Positions 9,886 to 18,113 of a DNA stretch of 64,000 nt are shown piece after piece. Where the stretch lies: positions 62,230-126,229 of the forward strand of contig JAXHNJ010000002.1 in the NCBI GenBank assembly GCA_034520665.1, read 5' to 3'. Positions within the stretch are counted from its first letter, which is position 1, and every line of letters begins with the position of its first letter. A model generated the notes under the pieces. That model ran no database searches and was not told where the DNA came from. It saw only the letters and a list, made by a program, of their open reading frames with translations. A program made the position numbers and the translations under genes. This DNA comes from Patescibacteria group bacterium (lineage in GTDB: Bacteria > Patescibacteriota > Patescibacteriia > JAXHNJ01).

Positions 9886-10101
9886 ATTATACCTAAAAAA
9901 TCAAAAAAGCTCTAATTTCTCTGGAAGCCAAAAAAGCCCTAATCTAAAAGGCTAAAGCCGGTTGATTTAAATTAATTCGTGAAAATAAATTAGTAGAAAA
10001 GTCCGGCACCTGCTGGTACAATCGGGTGTTTTCTAAAGCTACCGCCGCTTGATTAGAAAGTGTAGAAAGTAGCTCAATATCTTCTTTGGTGTAGGCGTCT
10101 T
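9886..10101 (-). repeat. Cassette-junction direct repeat R3 with an orphan sensor 3' remnant
   Basis: Encodes only DAYTKEDIELLSTLSNQAAVALENTRLYQQVPDFSTNLFSRINLNQ; invariant core at 9965-9994; TATAAT at 9886-9891 (-). Confidence 0.95.
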
Positions 10102-10177
10102 TTTTAAGGTTTTGGACCTCTCTTTACGTGAAAGGAGGGGTGGAGACCTACCCCTAATACTAAATATACAGGATTTT

Positions 10178-10252
10178 TGGCAGGGGCACTAGGATTCGAA
10201 CCTAGAATAAGGGTTTTGGAGACCCTTGTGATAGCCATTTCACTATGCCCCC
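10178..10252 (-). tRNA. tRNA-Trp(CCA)
   Basis: GGGGGCA...AGGGT CTCCAAA ACCCT...GGTTCGAATCC...TGCCCCTGCCA cloverleaf. Confidence 0.95.
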
Positions 10253-10264
10253 AATAAAAATCCC

Positions 10265-10523
10265 GCTTATTGTTTTTATAAACCTATTCTTTTTATTAAA
10301 CCTTGATATGAAGAAACTAAATCTCTTTAACTTTTTTTTCCTCTCTTTAGATGCTTCTCTATTATCATAGGCTTCGTAATACTTAAGCTCCAATGGTCGT
10401 CTGTTTTTTGTTGAATACACATCTCCTCTGTAGTAGTCCATCAATCTATTTTTTAAATTTTCAGTTCTGCCAATATATAATCGTTCATCTTTTTTTGCTT
10501 CTTAAAAAATACACATAATACAT
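10265..10523 (-). pseudogene. Small GIY-YIG nuclease (UPF0213-like), frameshifted; 3' end approximate
   Basis: MYYVYFLRSKK / frameshift in A-run / DERLYIGRTENLKNRL...STKNRRPLELKYYEAY. Confidence 0.75.
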
Positions 10524-10726
10524 AATATTTCTTTCGCACCATCAAAATCTGTCGTTTATATTTAAACTACTTCACTTCCTTATGTAAAGTATGTTTACGG
10601 CACTTTTTACAATGCTTTTTAATGTTGAGCTTCTCTTTTATTTTCTTTTTATTCTTTTTTGAGTAGTAATTTATATTATTACACTCAGTGCATTTAAGTT
10701 TAATCAGATTGTCTTGGGACATAATT

Positions 10727-10765
10727 TTAAGTTAATTTAAGTTAGTTAGTTTAATTAAGTTAATT
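10727..10765. repeat. TTAA/TTAG low-complexity flank, inverted relative to 11178-11220
   Basis: ttaagttaatttaagttagttagtttaattaag. Confidence 0.7.
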
Positions 10766-11131
10766 AAGGTTGTTCTGGCTTGATAAATAGTTAATATATT
10801 TATTCAATCCAATCAATAATCCTTCATAATCCTGATCAACTCTTGTAAATTTCTCTAAGTTCAAATATTTCAAGCCTTTAGCTACTCTTAAATGACTCCT
10901 TATTTCAAAAATTTCTCCTCTTGCTTGGTATAAAATTCTAATCTTATCCTTATAAAAATAACGTCCTTGACTTTCAGCAATATTAGCAATAACAGAATTA
11001 GAAGCTCTTTTCAATTGATTAATGAGGGCATATTTTTCAGTATCAGGAAAATTATTTGTTATTTGATAAATACAAAGAACTAATTTATATCCTTTCTGCC
11101 AAATATTTAATTTAAAGAACGCTTTTACCAT
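10760..11131 (-). CDS. Four-helix-bundle protein (23S rRNA IVS protein family)
   Basis: IWQK, FPDTEKYALINQLKRASNSVIANIAESQGR, ARGE. Confidence 0.9.
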   Translation of the reverse strand: MVKAFFKLNIWQKGYKLVLCIYQITNNFPDTEKYALINQLKRASNSVIANIAESQGRYFYKDKIRILYQARGEIFEIRSHLRVAKGLKYLNLEKFTRVDQDYEGLLIGLNKYINYLSSQNNLN

Positions 11132-11177
11132 AATTCATTTCTTTTCACGCCACCAAAATGTCTTTATTAATATATCG

Positions 11178-11220
11178 AAATTAACTAAATCAACTTAAGA
11201 AACCTTAACTAACTTAACTT
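11178..11220. repeat. TAAC-rich low-complexity flank of the four-helix-bundle gene
   Basis: aattaactaaatcaacttaagaaaccttaactaacttaactt; similar tracts at 19200-19247 and 51631-51669. Confidence 0.7.
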
Positions 11221-11221
11221 A

Positions 11222-11330
11222 TGGAGCCGAGGAGAGGAATTGAACCCCCAACCTACTGTTTATCCCGAAGTTCTCGAAATTTTGCCATGGAGCCAGCGCC
11301 TCGGGCCCAGAACCGACGACCTACGGTTTA
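11222..11330 (-). pseudogene. Two tRNA-Thr 3' halves (11222-11262 and 11288-11330)
   Basis: TAAACAGTAGGTTGGGGGTTCAATTCC...CGGCTCCA and TAAACCGTAGGTCGTCGGTTC...CTGGCTCCA; both start in the anticodon loop. Confidence 0.75.
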
Positions 11331-11347
11331 CCCGCCTGCCGAACGCC

Positions 11348-11423
11348 TGGAGCCGGAGGTGGGAGTCGAACCCACGACTTGCTGTTTACAAAACAGCTAC
11401 TCTGACCACTGAGTTACTCCGGC
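11348..11423 (-). tRNA. tRNA-Thr(TGT)
   Basis: GCCGGAGTAACTCAGTGGTCAGAG...GCTGT TTTGTAA ACAGC...GGTTCGACTCC...CGGCTCCA, 76 nt. Confidence 0.93.
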
Positions 11424-11444
11424 GCCCGGCGACTGGCGGGCAGA

Positions 11445-11532
11445 CAAAACAGTTGTGCCGATAGCCAGAGGCTATCGAACCTTCTCGATTCGCCAAGCGA
11501 ATCGGGACTCTAGCCAACTGAGCTACGCCGGC
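11445..11532 (-). pseudogene. tRNA-Thr 5' half with hairpin insertions
   Basis: GCCGGCGTAGCTCAGTTGGCTAGAG + palindromes (CGATTCGCTTGGCGAATCG, CGATAGCCTCTGGCTATCG) + CAACTGTTTTG. Confidence 0.7.
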
Positions 11533-11560
11533 AAAAGACAGACTGTTTATCAGCTCAAAG

Positions 11561-11646
11561 TGGTGGGCCGAGTAGGATTCGAACCTACGAAGCCCGAAGG
11601 CGCCAGATTTACAGTCTGGTGCATTTGACCACTCTGCCACCGACCC
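11561..11646 (-). tRNA. tRNA-Tyr(GTA)
   Basis: GGGTCGGTGGCAGAGTGGTC...CCAGA CTGTAAA TCTGG, long variable arm, GGTTCGAATCC, ACCA end. Confidence 0.95.
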
Positions 11647-11663
11647 ATTACTTTGAGCTGATT

Positions 11664-11835
11664 TTATTTTAAGATACTATTTAGATATTTTCGGCCTTGG
11701 CCAGATTTTAAAAACTTTTCTCTCTTCATTGCCTCTGACCTAGTTTTAAAAATTTCATGATATATTAATTTCCAAGGTTTTCTTCCTTTAGTATACGGGC
11801 ATTTTCCTTGATTATGTTTTTTAATTCTATTATTC
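11664..11835 (-). pseudogene. GIY-YIG nuclease 3' fragment fused to a tRNA-Tyr remnant
   Basis: NLNNRIKKHNQGKCPYTKGRKPWKLIYHE...AMKREKFLKSGQGR; the N-terminal motifs are replaced by tRNA sequence. Confidence 0.75.
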
Positions 11836-11967
11836 AAATTTACAGTTTGACCCGTTTGACCACTTCGGTATCCACCCACTATTGCTTGCCATCTTTTATT
11901 TTTTTTATAATGCATTTGCCTGCCCGCCAAAACGGAAGTGAAGGCGGGACCACTCTGCCACCGACCC
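11834..11967 (-). pseudogene. Two tRNA-Tyr 5' fragments (11834-11877; 11911-11967 with a 30-bp insertion in the D-loop)
   Basis: GGGTGGATACCGAAGTGGTCAAACGGG TCAAA CTGTAAA TTTGA; 11948-11993 is a direct repeat of 11627-11673. Confidence 0.75.
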
Positions 11968-12081
11968 ATTACTTTGAGCCGATTTTATTTAAGTGCTAGC
12001 CCACGCGCAGACTTGTCACCCTACGGGTGATCCTCCAAAGGAGGAAACCGCTAATTCTTTGAAAAAGACACAAAATAAGTT

Positions 12082-12131
12082 CTACTCCTTACCCCCGACA
12101 TTCGTCGGGGCAAGCATGAAGTTGCTCTACC
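12082..12131 (-). pseudogene. tRNA-Thr(GGT) fragment with a 22-bp palindromic insertion in the anticodon
   Basis: Matches part of the intact tRNA-Thr(GGT) except for inserted ccccgacattcgtcggggcaag (12093-12114) and one substitution. Confidence 0.75.
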
Positions 12132-12140
12132 CGCTACCTC

Positions 12141-12216
12141 TGGAGCCCACCGTCGGATTTGAACCGACGACCTACTCCTTACCATGGAGTTGCTCTACCA
12201 ACTGAGCTAGGTGGGC
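12141..12216 (-). tRNA. tRNA-Thr(GGT)
   Basis: GCCCACCTAGCTCAGTTGGTAGAGCA ACTCC ATGGTAA GGAGT...GGTTCAAATCC...GGGCTCCA. Confidence 0.95.
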
Positions 12217-12232
12217 AAAAGAGGTAGTGGGG

Positions 12233-12460
12233 CCAACTGCTCGCCCCGAGCATTGACGAGGGGAGCTACGTGGGCCTAAGCTGAGGTTTAGGTGGGTCTA
12301 CCAACTGCCCGCTCGTCATAATTTGCGCTCAAGCGCTAGCGAACGAGAGTTACGTGGGCCTAGCCAAACAGCTGAGGGTTTACTGGATTTTTAATTACAG
12401 TTGCGATATTTATCCTCCGAATCCTGAAGGGCCAAGGAGGACCAACTGAGCTAAGACTGC
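12233..12460 (-). pseudogene. Several tRNA 5' fragments interrupted by hairpin insertions
   Basis: Recurrent ccaactg...agctacgtgggc / gagttacgtgggc / ccaactgagctaagactgc pieces with GC-rich palindromes between them. Confidence 0.6.
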
Positions 12461-12507
12461 TCGGGCGATGGCAGGCAAGAACTACCTAGAATTATTTTTT
12501 TAAATAA

Positions 12508-13401
12508 CTACATATTATTAACTTCTTTTTCTAATTCGTCAAGTTTTTCATTTTCCGGATTAACCTGTTTTAATTTATCAAAAGTACGTACGGCCAAACT
12601 TTTATTCCTTGCTTCAATACTTAATTCCAATAAAGCACTGACATATTTAGGATTATTTGGTTCTAAGTTCAAAGCATCCTGATAAGATTTTATAGCTTTT
12701 TGTATATCATCACAGGCTGTATAAATTTTAGCTAGATTAGCGTGATAAGTAGCAATTTTACTGTTAATATTTATTGATTTAATAAGATCCTGTTTTGCTT
12801 CATCTAAATTACCCAATGAACTGGCAATAACCCCTAAATTTTCATAAGCCTTGTCATCCTGAGCATTAAGTTTAATCAAAAAGGAAAATATTTCCCTAGC
12901 GTGTTCATAATCTTTTTTAGCTAGATAAACTTCTCCTAATAAATGATAAGCGGAAATATTCTTTTGGTCAAGACTAATTATATTTATACAAATCTCTTCA
13001 GCTTCATTTAAATCTCCGGATTTTTTAAGCTCTTCGGCCGTTCTTAACTTATCTTCCATTTCTTTATTTATCTTTTTCTTTGCTTCAATAGTCTTTGGTT
13101 TTATTTTTTTCTTTTCCCGATATTTTTTTTCAAGCTCCAATAATTGGTAATACCATTTTTTTATTTTATTTTTAACTTCATCATAATAAGGATAAGTTTT
13201 TTGCTTAAATATAAACGCCATATTTACAATTTTTCTTTTTAAACGGCCTTCCAATATTTCTTTTTTAACCTGAGCTTCTTTTTCTTCCGGTATTTTTTTA
13301 GTATCAATCATGCTCAAAACCTGAATTTTTTTCAGAACTAAAAGTATTATCAGGACTAAAGAAAGAATGGCTATGATTAAGGCAATTATATTAAAAATCA
13401 T
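12508..13401 (-). CDS. Membrane-anchored tetratricopeptide repeat protein
   Basis: N-terminal TM helix; TPR motifs (AYHLLGEVY, AYENLGVI, ALNLEPNN). Confidence 0.85.
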   Translation of the reverse strand: MIFNIIALIIAILSLVLIILLVLKKIQVLSMIDTKKIPEEKEAQVKKEILEGRLKRKIVNMAFIFKQKTYPYYDEVKNKIKKWYYQLLELEKKYREKKKIKPKTIEAKKKINKEMEDKLRTAEELKKSGDLNEAEEICINIISLDQKNISAYHLLGEVYLAKKDYEHAREIFSFLIKLNAQDDKAYENLGVIASSLGNLDEAKQDLIKSININSKIATYHANLAKIYTACDDIQKAIKSYQDALNLEPNNPKYVSALLELSIEARNKSLAVRTFDKLKQVNPENEKLDELEKEVNNM

Positions 13402-13420
13402 TTTATTATTATATATATTA

Positions 13421-14209
13421 TCAATCTTTATTTAATTTCATTTCTATGATTGTCCCGTCTTCCAGTCTAACTTTGTAAGTCTTCATAATAATATTCCAGG
13501 AAATGACTTTGCCTCTCCCCTGCTTAGTTTTTATCTTACTTTCAAGAGAAGGAAACTTTTTAGCCATTTCACGGTAATAATCCTCCTCATAAGCCAGGCA
13601 ACAAAATAATTTACCACAGACACCAGAAAGCCGATCACTGCCCCGATGGGCTATTTGCTGATCACGAGCTAAATCAGTAGAAATATTACCCAGTTTTTTA
13701 AGGTGAGTCATACAGCAAAGTTTTCGACCACAGGGACCAAAGCCGCCTTCCTGTTTGACTTCATCTCTGGTTCCTACTTGTTGTAGACGGATTGATTTTT
13801 GAAAATTTCTAGTTAAATCTTTTACTAAATCTCGGAAATCAACTCGGCCATCAGCAATAAAAGTGAAAGTTAAACGACCACCGTCAAAAGAGAAAAAAGA
13901 ATTAAGCAACTTCATAGGTAGATTGTGTTTGTCAACCATCTTCTTACAATATTCTACAGCTTCTTTTGCTTGGTTTTTATACTTTTTTATCTTTTCTAGA
14001 TCATCTGGCTGAGCCTTTCTAATAAAACTAACTTCTTTTTCTTTAACAATTTCTTCCGTTTTAAAGCTTTCCAAAACAGATGTATTTTCTATTCCTTGAT
14101 CAGTTTTAACAATAACAACATCTCCCTTTTTTAATTTAGCACCACCTGATTTTACGACAATTATATCACTCCAGGGATGTACTCTAATTTTTATGGCCGA
14201 AAATACCAT
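13421..14209 (-). CDS. PSP1 / YaaT (RicT) family protein
   Basis: FIADGRVDFRDLVKDL, GPCGRKLCC, LSGVCGKLFCCLAYE. Confidence 0.9.
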   Translation of the reverse strand: MVFSAIKIRVHPWSDIIVVKSGGAKLKKGDVVIVKTDQGIENTSVLESFKTEEIVKEKEVSFIRKAQPDDLEKIKKYKNQAKEAVEYCKKMVDKHNLPMKLLNSFFSFDGGRLTFTFIADGRVDFRDLVKDLTRNFQKSIRLQQVGTRDEVKQEGGFGPCGRKLCCMTHLKKLGNISTDLARDQQIAHRGSDRLSGVCGKLFCCLAYEEDYYREMAKKFPSLESKIKTKQGRGKVISWNIIMKTYKVRLEDGTIIEMKLNKD

Positions 14210-14213
14210 TTAT

Positions 14214-14801
14214 TTATAGACTATACTTAACAAAACGAGATACTTTGATATTCTCACCAAGTTTAGCTATTTTTTCAGTTATTAAATCTTCGATTTTTTT
14301 CTTATCTTCCTTAATATAACTCTGTTTTAACAGACAAACCTCTTCATAAAATTTATTTATTTTACCTTTTACAATTTTATCTATTATTTCCGCAGGTTTA
14401 TTTTCTTTTTCCAGCTGTTCTTTTATTATTTCTTTTTCCTTATCTAAAACTTCATCCGGTACATTTTCCGGTGATAAATACTGTGGATCCATAGCCACAA
14501 CCTGCATAGCCAGATTTTTGCCTAATTCTTTAAATTCTTTATTTTTAGCCACAAAGTCTGTTTCACAATTCAACTCTACTAAAGATGCTGATTTGTTATC
14601 ATTGTGTACATAACAAGCAATCATCCCCTGAGAAATTTCTCTGGTTTGTTTCTTAGCCGCAATTTCCTCTCCCTTTTTACGAAGCGCCTCAATAGCTTTT
14701 TTTGCATCACCCTTAGTTTCCTCCAGAGCTTTTTTTACATCAACAATACCAGCCCCTGTTTTTTCTCGGAGTTCTTTAATTAATTTATTATCTATTTTCA
14801 T
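14214..14801 (-). CDS. tsf: Elongation factor Ts (short form)
   Basis: KELREKTGAG, ELNCETDFVA; downstream of rpsB. Confidence 0.97.
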   Translation of the reverse strand: MKIDNKLIKELREKTGAGIVDVKKALEETKGDAKKAIEALRKKGEEIAAKKQTREISQGMIACYVHNDNKSASLVELNCETDFVAKNKEFKELGKNLAMQVVAMDPQYLSPENVPDEVLDKEKEIIKEQLEKENKPAEIIDKIVKGKINKFYEEVCLLKQSYIKEDKKKIEDLITEKIAKLGENIKVSRFVKYSL

Positions 14802-14802
14802 A

Positions 14803-15543
14803 TTATTTTTCTCCTTTATTGTTTTTATCTTTATCTTCTTTTTCTTTTTTATTTTTATTAGTAGTACCAGATTGAGAAGCGTAGCTTTCAGTTAGTGCTT
14901 TAGTTATTAATTCTAAAGATTTTGTAGCGTCATCATTGGCTGGAATTACATTTTTAATTCCCTTGGGATTAGAGTTAACATCAACCATAGCTACGATAGG
15001 AATATTCTTCTTAACCGCTTCATTAATAACTGTTTTTTGATTTTTTACATCCACAATATAAACAGCGTCAGGCAATTTATCCATATCAGCAATACCGCCG
15101 ATAATTTGGTCTAACCTTTCGATTTCCTCATTTATTTCCAATCTTTCCTTTTTGGTATATTTTTCTAATTCTCCACTCTTTTTTTGATTTTTCAAATTTT
15201 TATACTTATTGATCATCTTTTTTATAACCCGGAAATTAGTAAAAGTACCACCCACCCAACGATCAGTGATATAAGGCATATTTATTTGTTGGGCGTATTT
15301 TTTTATAATTGGAGAAGCTTGTTTTTTGGTGCCAACAAAAAGGATATTGCCGTTTTTTTCGGCAATTTTCTTAAAAAAATCTTGCGCCTCTTTTAAGGCT
15401 TGTTTAGTCTTTTCCAGATCGATAACGCAAACCCCTTGTCTTTCTGAAAAAATAAAAGGCTTCATTTTTGGATAAACACTCGATGATCTGTGCCCAAAAT
15501 GAACCCCACTTTTAAGCATTTCCTCCAGGGAAATATCATTCAT
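14803..15543 (-). CDS. rpsB: 30S ribosomal protein S2
   Basis: GVHFGH, FVGTKKQA, RWVGGTFTN, IPANDD. Confidence 0.98.
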   Translation of the reverse strand: MNDISLEEMLKSGVHFGHRSSSVYPKMKPFIFSERQGVCVIDLEKTKQALKEAQDFFKKIAEKNGNILFVGTKKQASPIIKKYAQQINMPYITDRWVGGTFTNFRVIKKMINKYKNLKNQKKSGELEKYTKKERLEINEEIERLDQIIGGIADMDKLPDAVYIVDVKNQKTVINEAVKKNIPIVAMVDVNSNPKGIKNVIPANDDATKSLELITKALTESYASQSGTTNKNKKEKEDKDKNNKGEK

Positions 15544-15564
15544 ATTAACTTTTCCTTTCCTTTT

Positions 15565-15655
15565 TTATCCTCTATTTTGGGATTTTTACGAGCTTTTTTT
15601 AGGCCCTTTTTAAAGGGCCAAGGTAATAAGCTTACTCCCAAAATATGTGTGATCT
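15565..15655 (-). promoter_or_regulatory. Probable rpsB (S2) autoregulatory leader RNA
   Basis: Starts CACACA; nested stems TATTTTGGGA/TCCCAAAATA and GGCCCTTT/AAAGGGCC directly 5' of rpsB. Confidence 0.5.
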
Positions 15656-15792
15656 TATTAATTAATTATATATATTAGTGTTAAAATAATAACATATTTA
15701 TATCAGATAATCAAGCCCTATAACTAGTAAATAAATAATCCTTGCCAAAATTCAAATTATCTGTTATCATTGACATAATTAAAATATAATTT

Positions 15793-16074
15793 ATGAAAAA
15801 AGATACTCATCCTAAATATTATAAAAAGGCAAAAGTTGTCTGTGCTTGTGGCAATACTTTTACTACCGGTTCTACTAAAAAAGAAATTCAGGTAGAAATT
15901 TGCTCAGCCTGTCATCCTTTTTATACTGGCAAATCCAAGTTAATTGATACAGCTGGCCGGGTGGACCGTTTTAAGAAAATGATGGAAAAAACTAAGGTTA
16001 AGTCAAAAAGTTCTCAGCCAAAGAAAAAACAACGCCGAAAAAAGAAGAAAAAGAAAGCAAAAAAGGAAAGTTAA
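15793..16074 (+). CDS. rpmE: 50S ribosomal protein L31 (Zn-binding type)
   Basis: [29 protein letters not shown]. Confidence 0.97.
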   Translation: MKKDTHPKYYKKAKVVCACGNTFTTGSTKKEIQVEICSACHPFYTGKSKLIDTAGRVDRFKKMMEKTKVKSKSSQPKKKQRRKKKKKKAKKES

Positions 16075-16137
16075 CAAAATTAAAATTTCAAAAAATTCCC
16101 TTATTGAAATAATGGGAATTTTTTTCATTTAATACTT

Positions 16138-17184
16138 ATGGATAAACTAAAAAAATTACAAAAAAAACACCAGGACCTGGAAAAAAAACTGCAAAAAAAA
16201 GAGATAATCAATAACCCAACCAAGCTCAAAAAAATATCAAAAGAATATGATGAGTCTGGGCATTTGTTAGAATTATATAATAAATTAGAAGAAGTTAAGC
16301 AAGGTTTAAAGGAAACCGAAAAAATCATCAGTGAAACTTCTGAATCAGAATTAAAGAAAATGGCAGAGAAAGAAGAAAAAAATATTAAACAAAAAAAACA
16401 AGAATTAAAAAAAGAAATTAAAGAAATTGAAAATCCTAAAAATCTTCTAGATAAAAAAGATATTATTGTAGAAATTAGAGCCGGTACTGGCGGTGATGAA
16501 GCCGCTCTCTTTGCCTCTGATCTTTTTCGTATGTATTCGCGCTTTGCTGAAAATAAGAGCTGGCAAACAAATTTAATTTCTTCAAACAAAACCGGCATTG
16601 GCGGATTTAAAGAAGTTATTTTTGAAATAAAAGGCACTAATGTTTACTCCAATCTAAAATATGAGTCGGGCGTTCATCGGGTACAAAGAGTACCCGAAAC
16701 TGAAAAACAGGGTCGAATTCACACTTCAGCCGCCACGGTGGCTGTTATGCCCGAGGCAGAGGAAATAGATATTAAAATTAATCCCAAAGATATAAGAGTT
16801 GATACTTTTTGTGCTTCTGGTCATGGCGGTCAATCAGTTAATACTACTTATTCAGCTGTCAGGATAACTCATCTACCCACTGATCTGGTCGTATCCTGCC
16901 AGGATGAAAAATCCCAGACCCAAAATAAAATAAAAGCGATGCAAGTTTTGCGTTCCCGTCTTTTGGCCTTAGAAGAAGAAAAAAGACAAAAAGAAGAATC
17001 AGCTAAAAGAAAGTCTCAAATTGGCTCCGGCGACCGCTCGGAAAAAATTAGAACTTATAATTTTCCCCAGGACCGAATAACTGATCACCGGATTAAAAAA
17101 AGCTGGCATAATCTAATCGAAATACTGGATGGTAATTTGGATAAAATTATTAAAGAATTAAAAGTCATTGATGAGAGTAAATAA
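16138..17184 (+). CDS. prfA: Peptide chain release factor 1
   Basis: [30 protein letters not shown]. Confidence 0.98.
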   Translation: MDKLKKLQKKHQDLEKKLQKKEIINNPTKLKKISKEYDESGHLLELYNKLEEVKQGLKETEKIISETSESELKKMAEKEEKNIKQKKQELKKEIKEIENPKNLLDKKDIIVEIRAGTGGDEAALFASDLFRMYSRFAENKSWQTNLISSNKTGIGGFKEVIFEIKGTNVYSNLKYESGVHRVQRVPETEKQGRIHTSAATVAVMPEAEEIDIKINPKDIRVDTFCASGHGGQSVNTTYSAVRITHLPTDLVVSCQDEKSQTQNKIKAMQVLRSRLLALEEEKRQKEESAKRKSQIGSGDRSEKIRTYNFPQDRITDHRIKKSWHNLIEILDGNLDKIIKELKVIDESK

Positions 17185-18001
17185 AATACTTGAAAATTCT
17201 TATAAAAAACTAAGGGATAGAAAAATAAAGTCTGCTTCTCTAGACACAGAAGTCCTTCTTTCTTATGTTTTGAAAAAAACCCGTTCTTATCTTTATATTT
17301 GGCCAGATAAAAAAATAACCAAAAACCAAGCGACAAGATACAAACGATTAATTAAAAAAAGATGTGACCATGAACCAGTAGCTTACTTAATCCACCATAA
17401 AGAATTTTTTGGTCTTGATTTTTACATTAACAAAAATGTGCTTATCCCCCGCCCAGCCACCGAAACTTTGGTAGATATAATTATAAAGCTCGTAGATGCG
17501 GGTCGCGACCCGCATCTACGTATTCTGGATGTAGGCACTGGCTCGGGTTGTATGGCTGTCACTTTAAAAAAATATTTACCAAAGACCAGAATACTAGCCT
17601 CTGACCTTTCGGAAAAAATACTTAAAATAGCCAAAAAAAATGCCAAAAAAAATAAAGTCAAAATAAATTTTAGAAAAGGCAATCTTCTAGAACCCTGGAA
17701 AAACTTTAAACTGGATATCATAGTAGCTAACTTGCCCTATTTAACCCCTCAGCAAATGAAAGCCAAATCCATTCAAGCCGAACCCCAAAAAGCCCTTTAT
17801 GGCGGTAAAAAGGGTTTAGAAATTTATGAAGAATTATTTCGGCAAATAAAAGACTTTAAAATAAAAGCAAAAGTATTTATAGAAATTGACCCCCGGCAAA
17901 TAAAAAATATTACTAAATTAATTAAAGAATATTTCCCCAAAAGAAAAATAGCGGTTATTCAGGATTTATCCGGACAGGACCGGGTGGTAGTGATCAAATA
18001 A
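17168..18001 (+). CDS. prmC: Release factor glutamine methyltransferase
   Basis: [22 protein letters not shown]; follows prfA. Confidence 0.95.
   Translation: MMRVNKILENSYKKLRDRKIKSASLDTEVLLSYVLKKTRSYLYIWPDKKITKNQATRYKRLIKKRCDHEPVAYLIHHKEFFGLDFYINKNVLIPRPATETLVDIIIKLVDAGRDPHLRILDVGTGSGCMAVTLKKYLPKTRILASDLSEKILKIAKKNAKKNKVKINFRKGNLLEPWKNFKLDIIVANLPYLTPQQMKAKSIQAEPQKALYGGKKGLEIYEELFRQIKDFKIKAKVFIEIDPRQIKNITKLIKEYFPKRKIAVIQDLSGQDRVVVIK
17491..17520. repeat. Perfect 30-bp GTAG-type REP-like palindrome inside prmC
   Basis: cgtagatgcgggtcgcgacccgcatctacg is fully self-complementary. Confidence 0.9.
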
Positions 18002-18011
18002 TTTTTTTAGC

Positions 18012-18052
18012 AAAAAAAAGAAGGGGGCGACCGCAATGGATCACGCCCCTTG
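18012..18052 (-). terminator. Intrinsic terminator after 18114-18935
   Basis: AAGGGGCG...CGCCCCCTT stem followed by a T-run on the minus strand. Confidence 0.6.
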
Positions 18053-18113
18053 ATAGTGGGAAAAAAGAAGTTATTTTTTAATCTTTACTGGTAGCCACCG
18101 TAAGAATACAGAT

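Noticed and set aside
2868-10101. Repeats R1-R3 as a CRISPR array or IS ends
   Set aside because: The repeats are ~200 bp, 3-4 kb apart and enclose whole genes; no cas or transposase genes are in the window.
10178-10252. tRNA-Trp as attB of an integrated island carrying the cassette array
   Set aside because: No duplicated tRNA-Trp 3' end and no integrase in the window; cannot be excluded beyond the left edge.
10760-11131. Four-helix-bundle protein as the Avd of a diversity-generating retroelement
   Set aside because: No reverse transcriptase and no TR/VR pair with adenine-specific mismatches is visible.
11331-11444. Group I intron in the tRNA-Thr anticodon loop
   Set aside because: The insert is only ~115 bp and consists of another tRNA plus short inverted repeats, with no catalytic core.
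11221-12205. ORFs 11221-11412, 11240-11464, 11386-11640, 11808-11999, 11993-12205 and the N-terminus of 11664-11969
   Set aside because: These are translations of tRNA genes and fragments, not proteins.
16125-16637. 170-aa antisense ORF over prfA and similar shadow ORFs over thrS, gatB, gyrB, pheT and pyrBI
   Set aside because: They overlap well-supported genes and have no recognisable motifs.
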